A stretch of 64,000 nt of DNA from an uncultured Thermoleophilaceae bacterium (GTDB taxonomy: Bacteria > Actinomycetota > Thermoleophilia > Solirubrobacterales > Thermoleophilaceae): contig CAVTGV010000003.1 of the NCBI GenBank assembly GCA_963734365.1, forward strand, positions 84,794-148,793. The letters run 5' to 3'. The position numbers and the translations under genes are program-made. Below, in pieces: positions 35,183 to 43,491 of the stretch (the first letter of the stretch is position 1; the number at the start of each line of letters is the position of its first letter). The notes beneath the pieces were generated by a model. That model searched no databases and was not told the origin of the DNA. It saw only the letters and a list, made by a program, of their open reading frames with translations.

Positions 35183-35884
35183 CCCTCGCACTCCGCGCGC
35201 AGGCGCCCGATCCGCTCGGCGTCGAGGGGCGCCGTGCGCCGGCCGCCGCGGCAGGCCGCGGAGCGCACGCCGGCTATGTCGGCGCCGGTCGCCCGCACCA
35301 GGCTCAGTTCCTCGGCCCGTAGGGCTCCCGCGAGCGCCATCTCCAGGCCCGCGGCGTGCCCCTCGTCCACCAGCGCCTCGAGCGCTGCCGGCGTGAGCCA
35401 TTCGAACAGGCCGCGGCCGTCCTTGACCGCCGTGTCCAGAAGGCAGCCCCCGACGCCCGCGCGGCGGGCGGCCTCGACGACGTGACCGGGTGGCAGAGGC
35501 CGGCCGGGCACGCGCTCGGCGTCGGCGTACGCGGCGGCGATCACGGCCGCGCCGCCGTCGATGTGCGTCACGAACGGCGCTCAGGACCGCCACCGCCTCA
35601 TCCGTGCCGGACGTGCCCCACAGTCCCACCTTCACGTAGGCAGCGCCGGAGCGTGCGGCGCCCAGTGCGGCCAGCGCGGCGGTGCCGGGCAGGTTGGGCA
35701 GGTCGCCGATGGCGGCGCTCACCGGGCGCTCCGGCGGCACCACCTCGCGGACTCGCCCGATCACACCGGGGCCGGGGGCGCCCAGCGCGCCCTCCGCGGG
35801 GTTCTTGACGTCGACGATGTCCACACGGGCCTCCACCGCGACACGCGCCTCATCGGCATCGACGACGCTCACCAGCAGTCTCAT
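35179..35884 (-). pseudogene. mfnB: (5-formylfuran-3-yl)methyl phosphate synthase (MfnB, DUF556), split by a 1-nt frameshift near 35575-35583
   Basis: The N-terminal half MRLLVSVVDADEARVAVEARVDIVDVKNPAEGALGA...YVKVGLWG is in one frame. The C-terminal half FVTHIDGGAAVIAAAYADAE...CLLDTAVKDGRGLFEW is in another. Confidence 0.75.
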
Positions 35885-36822
35885 CCGGCCTCCACACGCG
35901 CGCCACGATTGTCGAAGCTCACGACCTCCACCCGGCCGTCCCCGGCCAGCTCGGCATCCAAGCTCCGGGCCAGCTCACGGCCCGCCTGCTCGTCCCCGAC
36001 GATCCCGTAGACGGCGGGTCCCCACGAGCTCTGTCCCGCGCCCGCCGCCCCCAGGCGAAGCAGCGCGTCGACGAGGTCGCCCGCACGCGGGTGGAAGACA
36101 CCACCCTGAACCGAGGCGAATGACTCGCCCACAAGCTGCTGAACACGTGTGAGCGCGGCCCCGAACTCGGCCAGATCGCCCTCGGCAAGCCCGGGGAGCA
36201 GCGAGGTGAGCACCAGCTGGGCGATGAGCGCGGCGCGGTCTGGGTCCGGGCGCAGCTCGCCGAATGCCTCCTCCTCGGCCCGGCCCGAGAGGCCCGGCTC
36301 GGCCTGGGGGATCACGAGCACGCAGCGCCATTCCTCCGGCATCGCGTGCTGGGCCAGCAAGGGCGCCGGCCGGTCCACGCCGGGACGCCTGCCGCCCTCC
36401 ACGACCAGTCCGCCGAGGACGAATGTCCACAGTCCGACTGCCGAGCGCGCGCCGCGCCCGGCGGCGCGGGCGATCGTCTCCGGCCCCGGCGTCTGCCCCG
36501 CCAGGGCGGCCACGGCCGCCGTGACTGCGAGCGCGAGCTTGGTGCCCGAGCCGAGGCCGACATGAGGTGGGATCGCCTCGAGCACACGGACGTGCACGCC
36601 GCCCAGGAGTCCAAGCGCCTCCCGGGAGCGGCGCGCGACGGCGAGCGCCCGCTCGGCATCCGGGCCGTCGGCGGTGAGTTCGTCGCTCGGGCTCGCTTCG
36701 ACGACTGCGGCGGGACGGCCGAGGGCCACTCCCAGGCCGCCGAACCGCCGTGTGCCGCCGCCGGCGGCGTCGAGCATGCCCATGTGCAGGCGCGCGGGCG
36801 CCTCGACGCGGACGGACTTCAT
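35881..36822 (-). CDS. mptG: Beta-ribofuranosylaminobenzene 5'-phosphate synthase
   Basis: 313 aa, GHMP-kinase-like. VEAPARLHMGMLD, PPHVGLGSGTKLALAV. Confidence 0.8.
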   Translation of the reverse strand: MKSVRVEAPARLHMGMLDAAGGGTRRFGGLGVALGRPAAVVEASPSDELTADGPDAERALAVARRSREALGLLGGVHVRVLEAIPPHVGLGSGTKLALAVTAAVAALAGQTPGPETIARAAGRGARSAVGLWTFVLGGLVVEGGRRPGVDRPAPLLAQHAMPEEWRCVLVIPQAEPGLSGRAEEEAFGELRPDPDRAALIAQLVLTSLLPGLAEGDLAEFGAALTRVQQLVGESFASVQGGVFHPRAGDLVDALLRLGAAGAGQSSWGPAVYGIVGDEQAGRELARSLDAELAGDGRVEVVSFDNRGARVEAG

Positions 36823-37400
36823 CCGCTGCCCACGGCAGTGTGCACGTGTCGCCGCACGAGCTCCATCGCCTCGTGCTCCCGCGGTCCGGCCGTCTTGTCG
36901 ACGAGCACCTGCAGGCGCTCCAGCTCCGCCCGGATCTCGGAGGCGGGCAGCCGGCGCGCGCGCGAGGCGATGATCGATGCCTCGAGCACCGCATGGCAGG
37001 CGCGGTTGAAGCCGAGGAACTCCCGGCCGGTCCCGCGATCCACGACGTGAGTGGTCACACGGGCGCGCGGCCCGCTCGCGTCGATCGCGTGGACCGTCAC
37101 CTCACGCCACGAGCAGGCATCCGCCAGCACGGCCCCGTCGATCGTCGTTGCGGGCCGCGTGGGCGGGTGCGGATCGCCGAGAGCGGCCTGCGTGAACACC
37201 AGGATGTCGTCTGTGATGTTGACCACCGCCGCCCCCGTGGCCTCGAGGTTGCGCAGCGTGCGCGTGGAGGCGTAGGGCTTGATGACGATCGCGTCGTCTC
37301 CCCACTCCACTCCCATCGCGGCGCAGTTGACCGTCCCGTCCGGGTTGATCGTCGTGGTGACGGTCTCGATGATCGCGGCGCCGGGCAGGCGGTCGCTCAT
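36819..37400 (-). CDS. DUF447 family protein (H4MPT-cluster associated)
   Basis: 193 aa. IIETVTTTINPDGTVNCAAMGV is typical of this family by recall. Overlaps its neighbours by 4 nt on both sides. Confidence 0.65.
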   Translation of the reverse strand: MSDRLPGAAIIETVTTTINPDGTVNCAAMGVEWGDDAIVIKPYASTRTLRNLEATGAAVVNITDDILVFTQAALGDPHPPTRPATTIDGAVLADACSWREVTVHAIDASGPRARVTTHVVDRGTGREFLGFNRACHAVLEASIIASRARRLPASEIRAELERLQVLVDKTAGPREHEAMELVRRHVHTAVGSG

Positions 37401-38347
37401 CCCCGGAAGGACCGCTCGAGCACGCCGATGTCCACGTCCCCGGCGTGAAAGCTACGACCGCTCGCCACGCTCACCAGGCGCACCTCGGCGGGGCTGAAGA
37501 GCAGCGGGTCGATCTTGTAGAAGTCCCAGTCCGCCGCCTCGAGCACGTTGCCGAACGGCTCGCCGTAGTCATCCGAGGCCGAGGACGGGAGGCGGGGCAC
37601 GACCGCCTCGAGCTCCTCATCGGGTGCGTCGACGGTGAGCTCCACCTGGCCGCCGTACAGCACGGCGTCGTTCGTGCGGCCGATCGCCTCGGGGTCCTTG
37701 CGGGCCACGGGCGGCAGCGGGCAGCTCCCGAAGCCGCTCACCACGCGACCCACGTCGAACTCGAGCTCGTGCAGCTTGTGGAGCGCGGTCTCGACCACGC
37801 GGGCGGCGACCTGCACACTGCCTGCCAGGCAGGCGGTTGGAGCGAACAGCAGGGTCAGATCCGCGGCGGCCACGCCCGCCTTCTCGGCCACGAAGCCGGC
37901 GACCTCCTCCGGCGGAGCGTCGCGCGTCTCGAGACACAGCACAGCGTGGCGGGCACTCTCGTCGACCTCGAGATCGTCGTAGAGGTCCTCGGCCCGGATC
38001 AGCGCCCGGCCCGGTCCACTGGCCATCGCGAAGTAGTCCTCGGGGTCCAGACGCCAGCCCGCGTACTGCGAAGCGAGGCAAGCCAGCGCCGGCCTATCGG
38101 TGATGACCGTGAGCCCGGGGAGCCAGCGGCTGTCGAGAACCAGGGGCGCGAACGACACCGTGCCCAGGCCGGCCATGCAGATCTCCGCGAAGCGCCGTCC
38201 GGCCTCCAGTCCGCCCGGGACCGCGCTGCCGCAGTCGATCAGCCGCGTGCCGTTCGGCAACGTGGTCACGGCCACGCGCAGGGCTTCGGCGTCGGCCGCG
38301 AGGCTGTCGGCGAGCTCCTGGGCGCGATCGTTGAGCGAGAGCGTCAC
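37397..38347 (-). CDS. mch: Methenyltetrahydromethanopterin cyclohydrolase
   Basis: 316 aa. LIDCG...GGLEAG, ACLASQYAGW, GRTNDAVLYGG match the Mch pattern by recall. Confidence 0.9.
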   Translation of the reverse strand: MTLSLNDRAQELADSLAADAEALRVAVTTLPNGTRLIDCGSAVPGGLEAGRRFAEICMAGLGTVSFAPLVLDSRWLPGLTVITDRPALACLASQYAGWRLDPEDYFAMASGPGRALIRAEDLYDDLEVDESARHAVLCLETRDAPPEEVAGFVAEKAGVAAADLTLLFAPTACLAGSVQVAARVVETALHKLHELEFDVGRVVSGFGSCPLPPVARKDPEAIGRTNDAVLYGGQVELTVDAPDEELEAVVPRLPSSASDDYGEPFGNVLEAADWDFYKIDPLLFSPAEVRLVSVASGRSFHAGDVDIGVLERSFRG

Positions 38348-38371
38348 GGTTCGGGCCGGAGCATAGGCCGG

Positions 38372-39511
38372 TCAGCCGAGCGCCCGGAGCCCGGCGCGGT
38401 CACCGAGCTCGGCGCGGAGCGCGGCGGCACGCTCCTCGAGGTCGGCGAGAACCGCCTGTGGGGACTCCTGCATCGAGACGAGCGTGCACACAGGATGGCC
38501 GGCGGCGATGCGCTCATCCGGGTGCGGCACGTCGCGGATGCCGCGCGCAGGCCAGCCGCCGGTGTCGCCGACGCGCACGTCTCGGGTGGCGAACAGAATC
38601 GCCTTGCCGGCCGCCCGGCGCGGGCTGGCAGCGGGAGCGAACGAGGGTAGGCGCCCGGCGCAACCGTCGAGGTGAGCGGAGAAGACGCCGACGTCGTGCG
38701 CGGCCTCGATGCATTCGAGCGACCCCGTCGGACGGGGGTTGACCTCGACGACCCAGGCGCGCTCGCCGTCCCACACGAGATCCACGCCGAACAGCCCGCG
38801 CAGTTCGAACGCCGACGCCAGATGCGTGCATACCGTCCGCGCCGCTTCGGCCAGCGCGCTTTGCTCCACCTCGCCGAGCCGCGGCGGCACCAGGTTTCCG
38901 CTCCAGGCGTATCCGCGCGCGCCGAGCTTGCGGTGTCCGATCAGCTGCTCGCTCACGCCGAGCAGGACGGCCGAATGCCCGTCGGCGACGGCCGCGGCAG
39001 AGCACGCGAGCCCCGAGATGTGCTCCTGCACGACCACCTCGCCGTCGAGCGTGCCGCCGCGCCACTCGCGAACGCCCCGTCCGCCGCCGCCGCGCACCGG
39101 TTTGCGCAGCCAGCGACGCGAGCGCTCGGCCAGTCGCGCGGCGTCGGCGGCGCCGAACGTCGACGGATAGGCGAGGCCGGCCGAGCGCAGGGAGGCGGCC
39201 AGCGTTGCCGGGTCGCGCACCCGCTCGAGCGTCTCAGCCGTGCACCCCAGGAGCCTCCTGCCGGATGCCAGCCGGGCGACGAGGTCGGGCCGGTTCTCGA
39301 GTCCCGCGCCGTAGATCACGCTCGGCGCCGGAATCCGCTCCGCCGCGTCCACCAGCGCGGCCATCCCGCCCCGGCCTCCGAGGTCGCGCAGCACGGAGAC
39401 GCTCGGGCAGAGCCGCTGCAGGTCGAGATCACCGAAGCGATCGACCGCCACCACGTCGTGCCCGGCCCTCACCGCGAGCTCGGCCAGCATGCGCGCGCTG
39501 ACGGAGATCAC
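38372..39511 (-). CDS. ATP-grasp ligase of the H4MPT/methanofuran cluster (MfnD-like?)
   Basis: This is the C-terminal 380 aa of the 675-aa tracked ORF. ISVSARMLAELAVRAGHDVVAVDRFGDLD...VVEVNPRPTGS. GTG 39511 (or ATG 39490). Confidence 0.7.
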   Translation of the reverse strand: MISVSARMLAELAVRAGHDVVAVDRFGDLDLQRLCPSVSVLRDLGGRGGMAALVDAAERIPAPSVIYGAGLENRPDLVARLASGRRLLGCTAETLERVRDPATLAASLRSAGLAYPSTFGAADAARLAERSRRWLRKPVRGGGGRGVREWRGGTLDGEVVVQEHISGLACSAAAVADGHSAVLLGVSEQLIGHRKLGARGYAWSGNLVPPRLGEVEQSALAEAARTVCTHLASAFELRGLFGVDLVWDGERAWVVEVNPRPTGSLECIEAAHDVGVFSAHLDGCAGRLPSFAPAASPRRAAGKAILFATRDVRVGDTGGWPARGIRDVPHPDERIAAGHPVCTLVSMQESPQAVLADLEERAAALRAELGDRAGLRALG

Positions 39512-39537
39512 GAGGATCGGCTCGGCCGCGGGTCCGG

Positions 39538-40399
39538 TCAGAGCACGCCCTCCAGCAGCGCGACGAACAGCACGGCGGTCACGAGGTCGGCCGTGGTTCC
39601 GGGGTTGAGAGCGTTGCCGTCCCGGCGCAGCGTGCCATCGAACTCCGCGAGCGCAGTTCTGCCTCGAGCACTGCGCACACCGCCGGCGTCGAGCACCTCC
39701 CGAGCGCCGGCCGCCACGCGACCGGCCGCCTCGGCGCCGCGCTTGCGCGCGATCAGCGTGTCCGGCACGCTCGGCGAGGAGGCCCAGGGCCAACTCGACG
39801 GTCGCGTCGCGCGCACGCAGCCCGTCGCCCAGCGCATGCGCGAGAGCCGGCAGCCCAAGCTCGAAGGTCACCGCATAGTCAGAGACGTACTCGCTCGCGA
39901 TCGTGTCGCGCTGCGCTGCCGCCGCCATGGCTTCGCGCAGGCTCACGCGCGGCTCATCGCGAACGTCGTGCTCGACGGGCTCGTCGAGGCCCCCCGCACC
40001 CGCCAGCCGGATCGCCGCGTAGGCGGCGCGGGCGTCCTCGACGGTGAGCGCGCGCAGCACGTCGCCGAGGCGCTCGCGGAGCGGTTGACCCGTGAGCGCC
40101 GCGCGAGCGAGCGGCGTGAGCAGCAGCGCGATCCCGAGGTTGGTGTTGGCGCCGGCGGCGCCGCGCGAGGCGCGCACGGCGGCCAGCACGGTCTCGCCGA
40201 CTCCGCGATCGCCCGCGCAGCCCAGTTCGGGGCCGAGCGCAATCCCGCTGCGCAGCATGTCCTCGTAGGAGGTGTCCTCGAAGTCGTGGCTGGGCGTGAT
40301 GTTGCCGGGTTTCTCGGCGCTCGCCTCCAGCACGCAGGCCAGCTGCGCGGCGGATACGACATCGGTGCGCGCCGTCTGCTTGACCCGCGTGTCCGGCAT
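39538..40399 (-). pseudogene. Triphosphoribosyl-dephospho-CoA synthase (CitG/MdcB)-like protein, frameshifted near 39765-39800
   Basis: The N-terminal part (ASAEKPGNITP...) is in the 40399 frame. The C-terminal part VPDTLIARKRG...ALNPGTTADLV is in the frame of tracked ORF 39538..39858. Confidence 0.7.
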
Positions 40400-40416
40400 G
40401 CGTATAGCTTGGCGGG

Positions 40417-41187
40417 TTGGCTTCGACCGAGGACAGGTTGCAGCGGCTGGACGGCGTACGAGCCGTTGTCACTGGCGCGAGCAGCGGCATCGGCGCCGCG
40501 ATCGCCGAGGCGTTCGGAGCGGCGGGCGCGACCGTCCTCGTGACGCACCGGGACAGCCAAGAAGCGGCGTCCGCGGTCGCCGAGCGGATCGGCGGCCACG
40601 CCCTGGTCGCTCAGGCCGACCTGCGCACCCGCGGTGCCTGCGAGGCGCTCGTGGCTGAGGCCCGGGAACGCCTCGGCGGCCTCGACGTGTGGGTGAACAA
40701 CGCCGGCGCGGACGTGCTCACGGGCGAGGCGGCGGACTGGGACTGGGAGCGCAAGCTCGATCTGCTGCTTGCAGTCGATCTCAAGGGGACGGTGGCGTGC
40801 TCGTACGCCGCCGGTGCCGTCATGGGCAAGCAGCCGGGTGGTGGGACGATCCTGAACATGAGCTGGGACCACGTGGCGGCCGGAATGGCGGGCGACAACC
40901 CGGAGCTGTTCAGCGCGGTGAAGGGCGGGGTGCTCGCCTTCAGCAAGAGCCTGGCGCGAAGCCTGGCGCCCCGGGTCCGCGTGAACGTGCTGTGCCCGGG
41001 ATGGATCGAGACCGGGTTCGCCCGGGAGGCCGACAGCGACTTCCGCCGCTCGGTTGCAGAGTCCACGCCGCTCGGGCGCTGGGGCCGGCCGGAGGACGTG
41101 GCCGCGGCGGCGCTCTGGCTCGCGTCACCGGAGGCGGCGTTCATCACGGGTCAGGCCGTGAACATCAACGGTGGCGTTGTGATGTAG
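40417..41187 (+). CDS. Short-chain dehydrogenase/reductase (pteridine-reductase-like position in the cluster)
   Basis: TGASSGIGAAIA cofactor motif, NNAG, and S...YxxxK-type core (FSAVKGG). 256 aa. Confidence 0.8.
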   Translation: MASTEDRLQRLDGVRAVVTGASSGIGAAIAEAFGAAGATVLVTHRDSQEAASAVAERIGGHALVAQADLRTRGACEALVAEARERLGGLDVWVNNAGADVLTGEAADWDWERKLDLLLAVDLKGTVACSYAAGAVMGKQPGGGTILNMSWDHVAAGMAGDNPELFSAVKGGVLAFSKSLARSLAPRVRVNVLCPGWIETGFAREADSDFRRSVAESTPLGRWGRPEDVAAAALWLASPEAAFITGQAVNINGGVVM

Positions 41188-41203
41188 TGACCCGAAGGAG
41201 GCG

Positions 41204-41575
41204 ATGACAGTGGAGACGAACGCAAAGACCAAGCCCTACACCGACGATGAGGTCGAGGCCAAGATCCAGGAGGACGGCCTCGAGGGGTGGTACCTCGACG
41301 GTGACTGGCTGCGGCGCAAGTACAACACCGACGGCTGGCCGGCGACGCTCATGCTCGTCAACACGATCGGCTATCTGTCCGAGGCGGCCTACCACCATCC
41401 CGACCTGGCGGTCACGTGGGGCAAGGTCTGGGTGAAGCTGCAGACCCACTCGAGCGGCGGCATCACCGACAAGGACTTCGCGCTGGCACGCCAGATCGAG
41501 GATCACGTGCTGTGGCGGCCGGACGCCGACAGCGCGCTCGAGGGCACGCCCAACAAGTTCGTCCATAGCAAGTAG
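41204..41575 (+). CDS. Pterin-4-alpha-carbinolamine dehydratase
   Basis: EAAYHHPDLAVTWGKVWVKLQTHSSGGIT is typical of PCD/DCoH. Confidence 0.85.
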   Translation: MTVETNAKTKPYTDDEVEAKIQEDGLEGWYLDGDWLRRKYNTDGWPATLMLVNTIGYLSEAAYHHPDLAVTWGKVWVKLQTHSSGGITDKDFALARQIEDHVLWRPDADSALEGTPNKFVHSK

Positions 41576-41600
41576 GACCCCGCCGGATTCCGACACGCTC

Positions 41601-42974
41601 GTGGCCGAGCGGCTCCTGTTCGTTACCGGCAAGCTCGCCGCGCCGGCGCTCCGCGACACGCTTGACCGGACGGAGCTGCCGTTCGACTACGAGATCGCGG
41701 TCATGAAGATCACGGTGGCCGCGTTGATGACCACCACCTGGATCGCGCGCCGCCTCGAGCCGCCCGAGGCGACCACGAAGATCATGATCCCCGGTCTCTG
41801 CGAGGGCGAGACCGACGTCCTGGCGGAACGCTTCGGCATCCCCGTCGAGAAGGGGCCCGGCGACCTCAAGCGCCTGCCGAGCTGGTTCGGGCAGGCCGAA
41901 GCTCGCGCCAGCTACGGGGCACGCGACATCCGCGTGTTCGCGGAGATCAACCACGTGCCGCGGCTGAGCCGCGATGAGATCCTGGACGTGGCCGGCTACT
42001 ACCGCGAGAGCGGCGCCGACGTGATCGATCTCGGCCTCTCACTCGACCGCCGCTGGCTCGACGAAGGGCCCGAGGTGATCGCCGCGCTGCGCGAACGCGG
42101 CTTCGCGCTCAGCATCGACACGATGGACCGCGACGAGATCCTGATGGCCGACGAGGCGGGCGTGGACTACGTGCTCAGCCTCAACGGGTCGAACCGCGAC
42201 CTCGCCGAGCGCCTGCGTGCCACTCCCGTGCTGATCCCCGACACGCCGGAGGACCTCGACAGCCTCGAGGCCACGATCAACCACCTCGAGCGGCTCGGCA
42301 AGCCCTACATGGTGGACCCGATCATCGAGCCGATCGGCGCCGGCTTCGCCGCCAGCCTCGGGCGCTACCTCGAGGTGCGTCGCCGGCATCCCGAGGCGGA
42401 GATGTTCATGGGGATCGGCAACCTCACCGAGCTCACCGAGGCCGACAGCACCGGGGTCACCGCTCTGCTGATCGGCTTCTGCCAGGAGCTCGGCATTCGC
42501 AACGTCCTAACCACCGAGGTGATCGAGTGGGCGCGGGGCGCCGTGCAGGAGGCGGTGCTCGCTGCCCAGCTCATGCACTTCGCGCACGAGCAGGGCACGC
42601 AGCCCAAGCACGTCGACGGGCGGCTCTTGACGGTCAAGGACGAGGACCTGCGCCCCTATTCGGAAGCCGAGCTGCGCGAGCAGCACGCTCAGGTCACGGA
42701 CCCCAACTTCCGCATCTTCGCCGACGCCGACTGGATCTACGTCTTCAACTCCGAGCTCTTCGTCAAGGGCACCGACTTCAACGAGATCTTCGACCAGCTC
42801 GGGGTCGACGAGGCCACGCACGCCTTCTATCTCGGCAAGGAGCTGATGAAGGCCACGATCGCCCGCGCACTGCGTAAGAACTACCGCCAGGAGTCGCCGC
42901 TCGACTGGGGATATCTGACCTTCGAGGAGCCCCGTCGCAAGCGCGTCCGAGTGACAACGCGGCCAAGAAAGTAG
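41601..42974 (+). CDS. Dihydropteroate-synthase-like pterin-binding protein of methanopterin biosynthesis
   Basis: 457 aa. The central pterin-binding barrel (GADVIDLG...SIDT...VLSLNG) has N- and C-terminal extensions, as in the H4MPT-type DHPS homologues. GTG start. Confidence 0.75.
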   Translation: MAERLLFVTGKLAAPALRDTLDRTELPFDYEIAVMKITVAALMTTTWIARRLEPPEATTKIMIPGLCEGETDVLAERFGIPVEKGPGDLKRLPSWFGQAEARASYGARDIRVFAEINHVPRLSRDEILDVAGYYRESGADVIDLGLSLDRRWLDEGPEVIAALRERGFALSIDTMDRDEILMADEAGVDYVLSLNGSNRDLAERLRATPVLIPDTPEDLDSLEATINHLERLGKPYMVDPIIEPIGAGFAASLGRYLEVRRRHPEAEMFMGIGNLTELTEADSTGVTALLIGFCQELGIRNVLTTEVIEWARGAVQEAVLAAQLMHFAHEQGTQPKHVDGRLLTVKDEDLRPYSEAELREQHAQVTDPNFRIFADADWIYVFNSELFVKGTDFNEIFDQLGVDEATHAFYLGKELMKATIARALRKNYRQESPLDWGYLTFEEPRRKRVRVTTRPRK

Positions 42975-43017
42975 TAGCGTGCGACCCGGCAAGGATCGAC
43001 CCAAAAAGGGAGGGCGC

Positions 43018-43455
43018 GTGGCGACTGCCGAAGAGCTTCTGAGCAAGCAGAATGGCGCAACGCTAGGCCGAGTACTCGGGCGGGGAACCGTCGGAGAGGC
43101 GGAGGAGGGATCCGCCGGCACGATGACTGCCACCGTGCGGATCCCGGAGGACGAGCTCGTGTACGAGCCCGGGGTCCTAGTCCTGCCGCATGGGGGCGTG
43201 CTCGAGCTCACGCTCATCAACGACGACAAGAACACTCACTGCGCTGTCTTGCCGAGCAATGGCGACACCCAGTTCCTCTGGCTGGTCAACCATTCGAAGG
43301 GCACGGCCACTCTCGAGCTCGACGGACCGGGGTACTACTGGTACGGCTCCACGACCGGCAACGACGAGGGGCGCGGACTGACCGGAGCCATCGTCGTGCA
43401 AGGGGACGTACCGGACGAGGCTCGCCTCGACCGCCCGCCCCAACCCCAACCGTAG
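43018..43455 (+). CDS. Small cupredoxin-like beta-sandwich protein adjacent to the PQQ dehydrogenase; canonical copper ligands not evident
   Basis: Strong SD AAAGGGAGGG before GTG 43018 (the tracked start 42979 has poor codon usage). Fold hint VLELTLINDDKNTHCAVLP...GYYWYGSTTGNDEGRGLTGAIVVQG. Confidence 0.5.
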   Translation: MATAEELLSKQNGATLGRVLGRGTVGEAEEGSAGTMTATVRIPEDELVYEPGVLVLPHGGVLELTLINDDKNTHCAVLPSNGDTQFLWLVNHSKGTATLELDGPGYYWYGSTTGNDEGRGLTGAIVVQGDVPDEARLDRPPQPQP

Positions 43456-43491
43456 ACCGCCCGCCACGCACCCCATCGGAAGGAGCACTCG

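Noticed and set aside
43453-43491. Stop-codon read-through fusing the cupredoxin-like ORF to the PQQ-ADH (same frame, single TAG)
   Set aside because: Being in frame has a 1/3 chance expectation. A strong RBS (GGAAGGAG) precedes the ADH ATG, which supports independent initiation. It is kept only as a note in the findings.
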